64,000 nt of DNA, taken from Gammaproteobacteria bacterium. Its GTDB lineage: Bacteria > Pseudomonadota > Gammaproteobacteria > Steroidobacterales > Steroidobacteraceae. Below, piece by piece: positions 1 through 9,926 of the stretch. A program made the position numbers and the translations under genes. The notes below the pieces were generated by a model. It saw only the letters and a list, made by a program, of their open reading frames with translations, had not been told where the DNA came from and did no database searches. The DNA is taken from contig JANMYM010000036.1 of NCBI GenBank assembly GCA_031382085.1, positions 23,340 to 87,339 of the forward strand, written 5' to 3'. How positions within the stretch are numbered: the stretch's first letter is position 1; the number at the start of each line of letters is the position of its first letter.

Positions 1-857
1 GCTGCAAACCGCGGCGCGACCGGGGTTGCGAGCCGCACGTTAGCCCGTTGCGGCGGCCCGAGCCGCGCAACGATCTCGCGGGTTCGCGCCAGCGCGTGCA
101 GATCGTCTGCGGCCATGTGATCAGCGACACCGGAGATGCGCGTATGCACATCCGCGCCGCCGAGATCTTCCGCCGTCACTTCTTCACCGGTCGCGGCCTT
201 GACCAGCGGCGGTCCGCCGAGAAAAATCGTGCCCTGTTCGCGTACGATGACCGCCTCATCGCTCATCGCCGGAACATACGCGCCGCCCGCAGTGCAACTG
301 CCCATGACAACGGCGATCTGCGCGATGCCATGCGCCGACAGGTTCGCCTGATTAAAGAAGATCCGGCCAAAATGATCGCGATCCGGAAATACTTCATCCT
401 GCCGGGGCAGAAACGCCCCGCCGCTGTCGACCAGGTAGATGCACGGCAAACAGTTTTCGGCCGCGATCTCCTGCGCACGCAAATGCTTTTTCACGGTCAG
501 CGGGTAATACGTGCCGCCCTTCACCGTGGCGTCGTTGGCGACGATTACACACTCACGACCCGCGATCCGGCCGATCCCCGTGATCAGGCCGGCGGCCGGA
601 ACCGGCTCCTCATAGACCTCGAAGGCGGCGAGTTGCGAAAACTCCAGGAACGGCGAGCCGGGATCCAGTAGCGCCGCAATCCGCTCGCGCACGGGCAATT
701 TGCCGCGCTCGCGATGCCGCGCCATCGCCGCCAGCGATCCGCCCGCGGCAATGGCGGCCGTTTTGGCGTTCAGGTCCGCGACCAGGGCCAGCATCCCGGC
801 CTCGCGCTGGCGAAATTCCGCCGACTGCGGCTCAATTTGGCTCGGCAACTGCGACAT
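1..857 (-). CDS. mccB: methylcrotonyl-CoA carboxylase carboxyltransferase (beta) subunit, N-terminal part; runs off the left edge
   Basis: Not in the ORF track because no stop lies in the window. Reverse translation from ATG at 857 gives [26 protein letters not shown]...[33 protein letters not shown]...[19 protein letters not shown], an acyl-CoA carboxyltransferase fold, next to ivd. Plus-strand ORF 48..671 is its antisense shadow. Confidence 0.85.
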   Translation of the reverse strand, partial: MSQLPSQIEPQSAEFRQREAGMLALVADLNAKTAAIAAGGSLAAMARHRERGKLPVRERIAALLDPGSPFLEFSQLAAFEVYEEPVPAAGLITGIGRIAGRECVIVANDATVKGGTYYPLTVKKHLRAQEIAAENCLPCIYLVDSGGAFLPRQDEVFPDRDHFGRIFFNQANLSAHGIAQIAVVMGSCTAGGAYVPAMSDEAVIVREQGTIFLGGPPLVKAATGEEVTAEDLGGADVHTRISGVADHMAADDLHALARTREIVARLGPPQRANVRLATPVAPRFA

Positions 858-867
858 CGCTATTGCT

Positions 868-891
868 CCGATTATCGGATTGTCCGACAAT
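868..891. promoter_or_regulatory. two back-to-back palindromes in the 40-bp mccB/ivd divergent spacer (candidate operator)
   Basis: CCGATtATCGG (868-878) is immediately followed by ATTGTCcGACAAT (879-891). The second fits the GntR-family operator pattern T-GT-N3-AC-A, and a GntR/FadR-type regulator is encoded just downstream of ivd. Confidence 0.5.
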
Positions 892-897
892 ACTACC

Positions 898-2076
898 ATG
901 AAATCCCAGCCGCGAATTGAACTGGGTCCCGACTTTGCATTGGGCGAGGACCTGGACAGCCTGCGGGACAGCGTCGCGAGGTTCGCCAGCGAGCGTATCG
1001 CGCCGCGCGCCGCGGACATTGACCGCGAAAACGTCCTGCCACGGGACCTCTGGCCGCTGCTCGGTGAGCAAGGCCTGCTAGGCATCACCGTGCCGGAGCG
1101 CTGGGGCGGCGCGGGCCTGGGCTACCTTGCACACATCATCGCGGTCGAGGAAGTCTCGCGTGCCAGCGGCGCTGTGGGCCTGTCCTACGGCGCGCATTCC
1201 AATCTCTGCGTCAATCAGCTGGTCCTGAATGGCAACGATGCGCAACGCGATCGTTACCTGCCGCGGCTGGTCAGTGGCGAGCATGTCGGCGCGTTAGCCA
1301 TGTCCGAATCCGGCGCTGGTTCCGACGTCGTCAGCATGCGCCTCGCCGCCCAAGTGGACGGCGGCTCCTATGTGCTCAATGGCCAGAAGATGTGGATCAC
1401 CAACGGCCCGATCGCCGATGTCGTCATTGTCTACGCAAAAACAGATCCAGCGGCAGGCACGCATGGTATTTCAGCATTCATTGTGGAGCGCGGCACACCG
1501 GGGTTCACCGCCCACCCCGGTCTCGACAAGCTCGGCATGCGGGGTTCCCCCACGGGGGAACTCACATTCGACAACTGCCGCATACCGGCGACCAACCTGT
1601 TAGGTGAACTGCACGGCGGAGTCAGGGTCCTTATGAGTGGTCTCGACTATGAGCGGCTGGTATTGGCCGGCGGCCCAATCGGCCTGCTCGCCGCCTGCAT
1701 CGACCTCGCCCTGCCCTATGCGCGCGAGCGCCAGCAATTCGGCCGGTCGATCGGCGAGTTTCAGCTGATCCAGCAGAAGCTGTCACGCATGTACACCGAG
1801 CTCGCCGCCGCGCGCGCGCTGGTTTATGGCATCGCCCGCGCCTGTGACCAGCGCCGGCCTCAGCGTCGCGATGCCGCAGCTGCAATCTGGTTCGCTGCCG
1901 ACTGCGCAACACGTGCCGCACTCGAAACCATCCAGATCCTGGGCGGCAACGGCTACACCAATGACTTTGCAGCCGGCCGACTGCTGCGCGACGCGAAACT
2001 CTATGAGATCGGCGCCGGCACGCAAGAAATTCGCCAGATCCTGATTGCACGCGAACTGATGGAGGCCGCCGATTGA
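898..2076 (+). CDS. ivd: isovaleryl-CoA dehydrogenase (acyl-CoA dehydrogenase family)
   Basis: ORF 700..2076 trimmed to ATG 898 ([26 protein letters not shown]). Contains ACAD motifs [18 protein letters not shown] and [19 protein letters not shown]. The 5' extension overlaps mccB. Confidence 0.9.
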   Translation: MKSQPRIELGPDFALGEDLDSLRDSVARFASERIAPRAADIDRENVLPRDLWPLLGEQGLLGITVPERWGGAGLGYLAHIIAVEEVSRASGAVGLSYGAHSNLCVNQLVLNGNDAQRDRYLPRLVSGEHVGALAMSESGAGSDVVSMRLAAQVDGGSYVLNGQKMWITNGPIADVVIVYAKTDPAAGTHGISAFIVERGTPGFTAHPGLDKLGMRGSPTGELTFDNCRIPATNLLGELHGGVRVLMSGLDYERLVLAGGPIGLLAACIDLALPYARERQQFGRSIGEFQLIQQKLSRMYTELAAARALVYGIARACDQRRPQRRDAAAAIWFAADCATRAALETIQILGGNGYTNDFAAGRLLRDAKLYEIGAGTQEIRQILIARELMEAAD

Positions 2077-2807
2077 GCGCCACATTCGAACGGATCAACA
2101 CCGGCCCGATCTATCGCCGCGTCGCAGAATCCATTGCCGCGCGCATCACCACCCGCGATCTGACGCCGGGCGAAGCGTTGCCGACCGAGACCGCGCTCGC
2201 CACCAGTCTTGGCGTGAATCGCTCGACGGTGCGCGAGGCGCTGCGGGAACTGGAAAGCCGCCGGCTCGTCGGCCGGCGCGCCGGCAGCAAGCGCATGTTC
2301 GTGATCCGGCCCGGTAATGAAATTCTGGGGGCACAGCTCAGCGATGCGCTACTGCTACACGATGTAACTGTTCACGACGTATGGGAATTGCTGATGCTTT
2401 TGGAGCCGGCTGCGGCAGAACTGGCCGCAAAACGCTGGCGCAAACCGCAGCTCAGGGCGCTCCGGTCCCTGGTCGGGCTGACTGCGATGCAGGGGTCCAC
2501 CGCGGTCGCCATCGCGCATGTCCAGGCTTTTTTTCGCACGCTGGTCGCGGCGAACCAGAACCATGCGCTGGCGCTCGCCCATGAACCCGCGATTCAATTG
2601 TTAGGCTCGTCGCTGGCACTGATGATCGACCGCGTGCCGCAGGCGCGGCAACGCATCGTGACTGCGCAGCTGCGGATCGTCGATGCGATCGCGCGGCGCG
2701 CCCCGCAGGAAGCCAGTGAATGGATGACGCGGCATATTCGCGATTTCCGCCGCGGTTTTGACATCGCCGGCATCGACATTGAACAGCGGGTCAGCCCGCT
2801 GCGCTGA
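2073..2807 (+). CDS. GntR family transcriptional regulator (FadR/FCD-type)
   Basis: N-terminal winged helix [31 protein letters not shown] with an all-helical C-terminal domain. There is a 4-nt overlap with the ivd stop. Confidence 0.85.
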   Translation: MSATFERINTGPIYRRVAESIAARITTRDLTPGEALPTETALATSLGVNRSTVREALRELESRRLVGRRAGSKRMFVIRPGNEILGAQLSDALLLHDVTVHDVWELLMLLEPAAAELAAKRWRKPQLRALRSLVGLTAMQGSTAVAIAHVQAFFRTLVAANQNHALALAHEPAIQLLGSSLALMIDRVPQARQRIVTAQLRIVDAIARRAPQEASEWMTRHIRDFRRGFDIAGIDIEQRVSPLR

Positions 2808-5202
2808 TGCGCTGCGCTGTGGTCACTGCGCGTGCCGGAGTCTTGTATAGAGTCGTGCGCTGCTGCGGAAGCCGCCCGATGCTGCGGATTGCGTCGCCGA
2901 GCGTGGCGGCATCCTGTTGCTGGCCATGCACACCACCGGCCGCGCGCGTGATCGATTCATTCATCAGCGTACCCCCGAGGTCGTTGGCGCCGGCCTGCAG
3001 CGCTGATAAAGCGCCTTGAACCCCCATCTTGACCCAGGATGTCTGGATGTTGGGTATCACCGGGTGCAGCACCAGGCGTGCGATCGCATGCATCAGCAGA
3101 GCTTCGCGGAACGACGGCCCGGAACGAGCCCGGCCCTTGCGCCACAGCGGCGACTCCATGTGCACGAATGGCAGGGGTACGAATTCCGTAAAGCCGCCGG
3201 TTTCAATCTGCAGCGCCCTGACTCCTAACAAATGGCGGGCCCAATGGCGCGGCTCATCGACATGGCCGAACATGATCGTCGCCGTGCTGCGAATGCCGAT
3301 CGCATGTGCGGTGCGCATGACTTCGTACCATTGCGAAGTCGTCACCTTGTCGGGACAGATCACCGCCCGCACTTCATCATCGAGAATCTCTGCTGCCGTG
3401 CCGGGCAGACTTGCGAGCCCCGCATGCTTGAGCCGCAGTAAATAGTCGCGCAATGGCAAACCCAGGCTGGTGGCGCCGTGCCAGATTTCCAGTGGCGAAA
3501 ACGCGTGCAGGTGGATCTCCGGCACCGCATCCTTCACGGTACGCGCAATATCGAGGTAGGTGTCGCCCGTGTAGCGTGGATGAATGCCTCCCTGCAGGCA
3601 GACTTCGGTCGCGCCGCGATTCGCGGCTTCGATGGTGCGCACCGCGATTTCAGACAGATCGAGATCGTAGGCCGGTCCGCGCAGCGAATGCGCTGATCGG
3701 CCCTTCGCAAATGCACAGAAGCCGCAGCTGTGCTGACAGACATTGGTGTAATTGATGTTGCGATTGACGACAAAGGTGGTGGCATCACCCACCGTCTCGG
3801 CGCGCAGTCGGTCGGCGGCCTGCAAAATCGTTGTTAGCCCGCGGCCCTCGGCCGCAAACAGGGCTGCGATCTCGTTTTCGCTGAAGCTCTCGGCCAGCGC
3901 CGCTCGCTGTATCAGCTGGTCACGCGCTTTTTGAGTTCCTGGCCCGGGTCTGCCCAAAGCCGCCACGATCTTCGCGGGCGCAGCGAGCCCCGCGCCGGCG
4001 CGCCAGGCATCGGACTGCGCATAGCCGAGGGAGTCCGCGCGCCGCCGGGCTGCGGTTGCCATGACCGGGTCGCACCAGCGATCCGCCTGGCGTGCAAAAG
4101 ACGGCACCAATGCGAGTCGTTCGGTCAGCACCCGGCCCTGCGCCGCGGTCTCGGCCGCCAGCTGTTCCAGATGCGGCCACGGCGCTTCCGGATTCACATG
4201 ATCCGGAGTCACCGGCGAAATGCCGCCCCAGTCATTGAGTCCGGCAGCTAACAGAGGCGCCAGCATTCCCGGGCTCAGGTTCGGCGGCACCTGGATCGAC
4301 ATCTTCGGGCCTAACACCAGGCGCGCGGCAGCAATGCTCCACAGCAGCTCGTCCAGTGGCGCATCAGGCGCACGCCGCATGCGCGTGCCGGGCTTCGCCC
4401 TGAAGTTCTGGATGATAACTTCCTGGATATGGCCATAGCGTTCATGCTGCGCGCGAATCGCAAGCAGCGCCTCAAGACGCTCGCGCCGTGATTCGCCGAT
4501 GCCGATCAGCAGCCCGGTCGTCATCGCGACCTGCGCTTCACCGGCGGCGCTCAGAGTGGCGAGCCGCAGCGCCGGGTCCTTGTCCGGCGCCCGCCAATGC
4601 GCCTGTCCCTTGGCTAACAAACGACTGCTGGCCGACTCCAGCATCAGACCCATCGAGACCGCATGCGGTCGCAGCTTGTCAATGTCCGCAGGCGTCAGCA
4701 GACCCGGATTGAGATGCGGCAGCAGGCCGGTTTCGCGAAACACGGCGGCAGCGGCATCCTGCAGGTAGTCGAGCGTGCGGGCGTGCCCCATGGCTGCCAG
4801 TTCCTCCCGCGCCTGCGAAAAACGCAGCTCGGGCTTGTCGCCCAGCGTGAACAGAGCTTCCTGGCAGCCGGCCCGCGACCCGGCGCGCGCGATTTCCAGC
4901 ACCTGATCCAGTGTCAGGTAGGCGCGCTGCCCAGGTCGCGGTGCCTGCGCGAAGGTGCAATAGCCGCATACATCGCGGCACAGCTGCGTCAGCGGGATAA
5001 AAACTTTGCGCGAATAGCTGACACGACGGCCAAATCCCTGTTCCGCCAGGCGATTTGCGCCCAGCAACATCGGCGTCAGGTCGGCGATATCGGCCAGACC
5101 GTCCAGCGACGGCGCTACGGGTGCGCGGCCCGCAACCCATCCCCGCTCAATCGATTGGACCAACGCTTGCATGATCCGTGCAATTGTAGCGCCCCGGCCC
5201 AT
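2791..5202 (-). CDS. fbiC: FO synthase, fused CofG/CofH (7,8-didemethyl-8-hydroxy-5-deazariboflavin synthase)
   Basis: Carries two radical-SAM CxxxCxxC motifs, CRDVCGYCTF and CQHSCGFCAF, in one ~800-aa protein. The start is uncertain (ATG 5202 or 5172); the ORF-track start 5292 overlaps the neighbouring gene. Confidence 0.85.
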   Translation of the reverse strand: MGRGATIARIMQALVQSIERGWVAGRAPVAPSLDGLADIADLTPMLLGANRLAEQGFGRRVSYSRKVFIPLTQLCRDVCGYCTFAQAPRPGQRAYLTLDQVLEIARAGSRAGCQEALFTLGDKPELRFSQAREELAAMGHARTLDYLQDAAAAVFRETGLLPHLNPGLLTPADIDKLRPHAVSMGLMLESASSRLLAKGQAHWRAPDKDPALRLATLSAAGEAQVAMTTGLLIGIGESRRERLEALLAIRAQHERYGHIQEVIIQNFRAKPGTRMRRAPDAPLDELLWSIAAARLVLGPKMSIQVPPNLSPGMLAPLLAAGLNDWGGISPVTPDHVNPEAPWPHLEQLAAETAAQGRVLTERLALVPSFARQADRWCDPVMATAARRRADSLGYAQSDAWRAGAGLAAPAKIVAALGRPGPGTQKARDQLIQRAALAESFSENEIAALFAAEGRGLTTILQAADRLRAETVGDATTFVVNRNINYTNVCQHSCGFCAFAKGRSAHSLRGPAYDLDLSEIAVRTIEAANRGATEVCLQGGIHPRYTGDTYLDIARTVKDAVPEIHLHAFSPLEIWHGATSLGLPLRDYLLRLKHAGLASLPGTAAEILDDEVRAVICPDKVTTSQWYEVMRTAHAIGIRSTATIMFGHVDEPRHWARHLLGVRALQIETGGFTEFVPLPFVHMESPLWRKGRARSGPSFREALLMHAIARLVLHPVIPNIQTSWVKMGVQGALSALQAGANDLGGTLMNESITRAAGGVHGQQQDAATLGDAIRSIGRLPQQRTTLYKTPARAVTTAQRISAAG

Positions 5203-5237
5203 GGCAGACCGCGCCGAGTTGCAGTAAATTCGGTCTG

Positions 5238-6218
5238 ATGAACAAATTAACTCGCCTTGCGCGACGGGATCTGCTGCAGGGCGCCCTGGCAACGTTTACC
5301 ACAGCGGCGTTGCGTCCATCCCTCTCCTGGGCTGCTAACAACGCAGCAACCGTTACCAAGCCGGTAGGCACGCACGCGGAGCACGTGGCGGTCATAGGTC
5401 TTGGCACCAACCGCTTCCGCCTGGATAAGCGCGAACAGATTCGCCAGGTCCTGCAGCGCATGGCTGAGCTTGGGGGCCAGGTCATCGATACAGCGCCTGC
5501 TTATGGCGAGAGCGAGGAAACACTGGGTGGCGTCATCGCGGAACTTGGCCTGCGCGACAAATTCTTCCTGGCCACCAAGCTAACAGCCGCGGATGCTGGT
5601 GCCGCCAACGCCCTGAGCCCGGCCGCCAGCCTGGAGCGCTCGCTAACCCGGCTCAGGACTGAAAGAATTGACCTGTTGCAAGTCCATAACCTGCAGGGCA
5701 CGGCGCAATTGATGCCTGAGCTGCTGGAGTGGCGTCGCGCCGGCAGGATCCGTTACATCGGACTGACGACATCCCGGACTGCGCAGCACGCGCAGCTGCT
5801 GAGCGAAATGGATCAATACCCGGTCGATTTCATCCAGGTGGATTATTCACTGGGAAACCGCGCGGCAGCCGAGGCGATCTTGCCAGCCGCGGCTGCCAAG
5901 AAGATCGCAGTGCTGGTCAACCTGCCGTTAGGCGGCGGCCGTGGCGCGAATGTTGTCAACCTCGCGGGTACGAGACCGCTGCCGGCATGGGCAAAAAAGG
6001 CCGGCATTGAAACCTGGAGCCAATTTGGCCTGGTCTACGTGACCTCGCATCCGGCCGTGACCTGCGCGATACCTGGCACGACGCAGGCACAGCATCTGGC
6101 AGACAACATGATGGCGGCACGAGTACCGCCCCTGCGCGCGGAAATGCGCAAGCAGATGCAAGAGTTCTGGGACCGCGAAATAGACGGCGGCACTACGGCA
6201 ACGCCGCGCGCCATCTAA
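5238..6218 (+). CDS. aldo/keto reductase with Tat-type signal peptide
   Basis: N-terminus MNKLTRLARRDLLQGALATFTTAAL is a twin-arginine leader. AKR signature IDTAPAYGESEETLG is present. Confidence 0.8.
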   Translation: MNKLTRLARRDLLQGALATFTTAALRPSLSWAANNAATVTKPVGTHAEHVAVIGLGTNRFRLDKREQIRQVLQRMAELGGQVIDTAPAYGESEETLGGVIAELGLRDKFFLATKLTAADAGAANALSPAASLERSLTRLRTERIDLLQVHNLQGTAQLMPELLEWRRAGRIRYIGLTTSRTAQHAQLLSEMDQYPVDFIQVDYSLGNRAAAEAILPAAAAKKIAVLVNLPLGGGRGANVVNLAGTRPLPAWAKKAGIETWSQFGLVYVTSHPAVTCAIPGTTQAQHLADNMMAARVPPLRAEMRKQMQEFWDREIDGGTTATPRAI

Positions 6219-6228
6219 CAAATCGGGA

Positions 6229-7686
6229 TCAGGCCGTCAGAATTGCGGTCACTGCCCGTTCTGCCGTTTCCATCGCCGATTCCATGCCAAATTCCATGCG
6301 CCGCAGGTGTTCGCCCGCGAAATGCACGCACCGCCAGGGTTGATCCATGTTGCGTGCGAATCGGGTCACCTGCCCCGGCGCAAATACATGCTTGTGACCC
6401 GCGATAAACGGCTGCCGGGCCCACGAAAACTGCAAACGTGGCCGCAACTTGCCGCGCGCCGCCGGCCGCATGCGCTCAATTTCCGCGATCACATATTTTG
6501 TTAGCTGATCGGGCGGCAGCTGATCGATACGGTCCGCACCGGTACCGTTGGCCCACACGCGCAGGAATCGAATCGACTTGTCCGGATTCTGTATCGAGAA
6601 CATCCGTTCCAGCGGACCGTCGGTAAACATCGATGGCCCGAAGCCGTCCGCTTCCCAGAATTGCGCGCTGGTCTCCAGGATCACGTGAGTTGTACCGCCG
6701 TAGCGCGCAGCATTGATGGCTTCCGCCTGTGCCGCGGGCAGCTGCGGATAAAACTGCACTCTTTGCAGAGTACTGAACGGCAAGGTGCAGAGCACAAATG
6801 GCGCGCTGTAGCGGCTGCCATCAAGACAGCTGACTTCGGCGCGGCTGTCGCTGCTGTCAATGCGCGTGACAATTTTTCCGGTCCGGACCCGCTCGCCGAG
6901 CTGCGTGGCGAGCGCGCGCGGCAGCGACTCGGCACCGTCGCGAAATGCATAGACAAAGCTGTTGCCACCGTATTGCGATTGTTTCGAGTCCGGCTTGAAT
7001 CCCCCTAACACGGAGCGCGCGAGATCGCGCAGCAACGCCAGCGCCGAGGTTGACTCCAGATCGGTGTAGTCGGTTGCCACGCTCATCAATTCGATAGCGG
7101 CAGGCGAAACCTGTTTGCTGCGCAGAAAATCCGCCGCGGAAATATCGAGACCGGCGTTGCGGTCGTCGAGCCAGGCCGCGACATCGTCGCCGAACGGATT
7201 CAGGCGGCCGAAAATCCGCGATTCAAGCAGGTGCGCAGGAATCTCCCTCTCAGCGCCGACGGTCCTGTTTTCCGGTGCTGCCGGCCAGTCGCTCGCCTTG
7301 AGAGTGCGCCCACCGATGTGATAGCTGAAATCACCGTAGCCGGTTTGCCGCGGACCGAACTTCACCCCGACCCGGTTGGCCAGATCGATGACGCGGCCGT
7401 AATTGCTGCCGAGTTCCGAGGCGCCCAGTTCAAAAATCTGCCCGTCGAGCTTCTCACTGCGCATGCGACCGCCGACCCGCTGACTCGCTTCCAGCACCAG
7501 GACTTTCATCCCCTGATCTGCGAGCAGATAGGCGCCGCCGAGCCCGGCTAGTCCGGCACCTAATACGATGACGTCGGCAGCGTAATCTGCGGCCCAGACC
7601 GGCCGCGCTCGAGCCGCGGCCCCCGTTGCGATTACTGCCGCGGCACCACGCATCGCGCTGCGCCGCGACCAGCCGGCGCTGCTCAT
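6229..7686 (-). CDS. FAD-dependent amine oxidase (flavin monoamine oxidase family), Tat-exported
   Basis: Has the leader SRRSAMRGAAAVIATGAAARA. The dinucleotide fold is VIVLGAGLAGLGGAYLLADQGMKVLVLEASQRVGGR. Confidence 0.8.
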   Translation of the reverse strand: MSSAGWSRRSAMRGAAAVIATGAAARARPVWAADYAADVIVLGAGLAGLGGAYLLADQGMKVLVLEASQRVGGRMRSEKLDGQIFELGASELGSNYGRVIDLANRVGVKFGPRQTGYGDFSYHIGGRTLKASDWPAAPENRTVGAEREIPAHLLESRIFGRLNPFGDDVAAWLDDRNAGLDISAADFLRSKQVSPAAIELMSVATDYTDLESTSALALLRDLARSVLGGFKPDSKQSQYGGNSFVYAFRDGAESLPRALATQLGERVRTGKIVTRIDSSDSRAEVSCLDGSRYSAPFVLCTLPFSTLQRVQFYPQLPAAQAEAINAARYGGTTHVILETSAQFWEADGFGPSMFTDGPLERMFSIQNPDKSIRFLRVWANGTGADRIDQLPPDQLTKYVIAEIERMRPAARGKLRPRLQFSWARQPFIAGHKHVFAPGQVTRFARNMDQPWRCVHFAGEHLRRMEFGMESAMETAERAVTAILTA

Positions 7687-8171
7687 TGGGTGGCGGCCTT
7701 CAGCGCGGCGACAATCTGCAGCCGCTCGGCCGGGTCGGTAATCGGCTTGTAGCGCATGCGATGCTGGCCATCGAGAAATCTGGCAGGATCGGAAATCAGC
7801 TCGGCCACCTTGGCGTCATCCCAGGTCAGGCCTTGCTTGCCCGCAGTCACCACCGCAGCTGAATAATAGAATCCCTTGGCACTGCCGGCGCAGCGGCCAA
7901 ACACGCGGTGCAGGTTGGGACCGACGCCGTGCGGACCGCCCGCTTCGAAGCTGTGACAAAAGCGGCACCACATGAAGTCCTTCTGCGCGTCGCCGGACAG
8001 CTGCGGCATTGCCCCAACGTCGGCGTACTGGTCGACCGTTGCGGTTACACAGTTGTCGACCATCTGGGTCGTGGTCGTGAACGGCACCACACCGAATGTC
8101 CGATACGGCGAATACAATGCTGCCGCGCCTAACACCAGGAACACCAGCGTGTGCAGAATCTGATCTTTCAT
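7683..8171 (-). CDS. c-type cytochrome (membrane-anchored, monoheme)
   Basis: ORF 7683..8531 trimmed to MKDQILHTLVFLVLGAAAL. Contains heme motif CRFCH and GPNLHRVFGR. It overlaps both neighbours by 4 nt. Confidence 0.7.
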   Translation of the reverse strand: MKDQILHTLVFLVLGAAALYSPYRTFGVVPFTTTTQMVDNCVTATVDQYADVGAMPQLSGDAQKDFMWCRFCHSFEAGGPHGVGPNLHRVFGRCAGSAKGFYYSAAVVTAGKQGLTWDDAKVAELISDPARFLDGQHRMRYKPITDPAERLQIVAALKAATQ

Positions 8172-8710
8172 GGTAGTCGCCCCCACGCCATCGCCGGCAG
8201 CATTCGCAACAGCGGCGCGTGGTAGCGCAACCGCTGATAGATCGCGAGTCCGACTGCGAAAGCCGCCAGGTAGAAAATCCAGAAGCCGCAGGCGCTGTGA
8301 AAGTAACCGAAGGTCACGGACAACTGATAGGTCGATTTGATCAATGCAGGCACCGTGATAAGTCCGAACAGCGAGACCACATGGCCTTCCGACCACGCAA
8401 AAAGCGGTCCCGAGACTACGAAAAAGAGCACCGTCAGGTAAAAAGCCAGATTCACCTTGCGTGCCAGATTGTCTGCGCCGGCAGGCACGCCCGCAGGAAC
8501 CGCGGGCCGCGGCAGCACCCGCCACAGCCAAAGCCTCGGAATCACCAGGATCAATGCGACCAGGCCGGTCGAGACATGCGCATACTGCAACGCGTCCCGG
8601 GCCGCGGTGCCGCGCGGCGTCACACCAACTTTTGAGCTCAGATAGAGCTGGTACACGACCAGAACAAAAATGACCACCGACAGCAAACTGCTCCAGCGTT
8701 GCCTACTCAT
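8168..8710 (-). CDS. cytochrome b561-like (CybB family) membrane protein
   Basis: Trimmed to MSRQRW. It has four predicted TM helices and a CybB-like layout (YAHVSTGLVALILVIPRLW...GYFHSACGFW...LLRML). Confidence 0.6.
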   Translation of the reverse strand: MSRQRWSSLLSVVIFVLVVYQLYLSSKVGVTPRGTAARDALQYAHVSTGLVALILVIPRLWLWRVLPRPAVPAGVPAGADNLARKVNLAFYLTVLFFVVSGPLFAWSEGHVVSLFGLITVPALIKSTYQLSVTFGYFHSACGFWIFYLAAFAVGLAIYQRLRYHAPLLRMLPAMAWGRLP

Positions 8711-9926
8711 TCTGCGCACCCTTGTTAGCATCTGAACTTGCCTTGGGACCCTGCTGCGGATGCAGTCCACGCAAAATTGCATTCGGAATCACGGCATCAT
8801 CCCACGTTGTCTGCGCCCTGCCGGTTCTGATGATGATCAGTTGCTGCGACGGCACGATGTAAACCCTCTGACCACCGAATCCATCGATGTAAATCATGTC
8901 GGTAGCCGCAAACGGCTCGGAATGATAGGCCTTGATGGTCTTGTCATTGTATTTGCGCCCGGTTCCGGGCGGCGAGCCCAACCACACCTGATAGCCATAG
9001 TTGGCATTGTTAGGCGACGGCGTGGTCATCGCCGTAATCCAGGCGGCGGGAACGATTTGGTCATCACCGATTCGGCCATTACCGAGAATCAACTGGCCGA
9101 CCTGGAGCCAGGCGCGCGCCGTCGTATAGATACAACAAAAGGTGCGCGGCATGCCGCCTGCATGGTCCAGCCAGACTGCCGCAGGTGGAGCGCCAATCCG
9201 ACTCCACAGCCGCTGCGATAAATAGTCCGCATAGCGCTGGTGACTGGCGCGTTGAATGATGATCCCGAGCAGCTCGGCATTGACGTTGCTGTACTGGAAA
9301 TACGTTGCCGGCGGTTTTTCGAGCGGCAGGCTGAGCGCCGTGCGCGCAATATCGCTGCCGGAAATGAGGCGGATCGACGTGAGCCCGGGAAAGCGTGGCA
9401 CTTCGAGTCCGCTCGCCATCTGCAACAGATCGCGAATCCGAATGTCCTTGCGCGCGTCGGTGGCGAATTCCGCCAGATATTTCGCTGCCGGCTCGTCCAC
9501 CGAGTTGACAAAACCGTCCGCCACCGCTGCGCCAAACAACAGTGCCATGACAGTCTTGTGGCCCGAAAAGGAATCAGTGCGGACATCCGGGCCATAACCC
9601 GGAAAATATTTCTCGTAGCGGATCGCGCCGCGGTGATAGACGAGAAACGCGATTGAATCGGTCGCCTGCGCATAAGACTCGGCCCTGGCTATCGCGGCCG
9701 GGTCGATCGTGTCCTGCTGCGCCGTCGGTACCTGCGCCAGTGAGCCGCCGGCCACAAGCTCCTGGGGTTGATTGAGCTGGGTCTGGTCGGCGCGGCCCAT
9801 CGCCGGACCCTGGACCAGATTGCGCAGCGCGGTGAAATCCGCGACGCCCAGGGTTGCGACCACCAGCACCATGACGGCCATTAGAATCAGCAAGCCGCGG
9901 CCGAAGACCTTGAGAAATGTCTTCAT
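8703..9926 (-). CDS. serine hydrolase (beta-lactamase-related family), N-terminal membrane anchor
   Basis: Has an N-terminal TM/signal segment, an S-x-x-K candidate (SGHK) and a beta-lactamase-like length and profile. Confidence 0.65.
   Translation of the reverse strand: MKTFLKVFGRGLLILMAVMVLVVATLGVADFTALRNLVQGPAMGRADQTQLNQPQELVAGGSLAQVPTAQQDTIDPAAIARAESYAQATDSIAFLVYHRGAIRYEKYFPGYGPDVRTDSFSGHKTVMALLFGAAVADGFVNSVDEPAAKYLAEFATDARKDIRIRDLLQMASGLEVPRFPGLTSIRLISGSDIARTALSLPLEKPPATYFQYSNVNAELLGIIIQRASHQRYADYLSQRLWSRIGAPPAAVWLDHAGGMPRTFCCIYTTARAWLQVGQLILGNGRIGDDQIVPAAWITAMTTPSPNNANYGYQVWLGSPPGTGRKYNDKTIKAYHSEPFAATDMIYIDGFGGQRVYIVPSQQLIIIRTGRAQTTWDDAVIPNAILRGLHPQQGPKASSDANKGAQNE

Noticed and set aside
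48-671. Long plus-strand ORF (207 aa) at the left edge, and similar long ORFs at 16470..17153(-), 28359..29057(+), 35852..36721(-), 40096..40956(-), 44605..45432(+), 46223..47134(+) and 55496..56281(-).
   Set aside because: They are Arg/Ala/Pro/Gly-rich antisense or off-frame shadows of well-supported genes (mccB, etfB, FGE-like, ALDH, hydrolase, MaoC, ccmI/H, CpcT-like). This is typical of high-GC DNA, and none shows a recognisable motif.
4248-4316. Exact 63-bp spacing of motif pairs as evidence for a 21-codon periodic element.
   Set aside because: There are only four such pairs, all within single genes where distances are forced to multiples of 3. This is borderline significant by rough estimate. 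It is reported only as part of the spacing observation.
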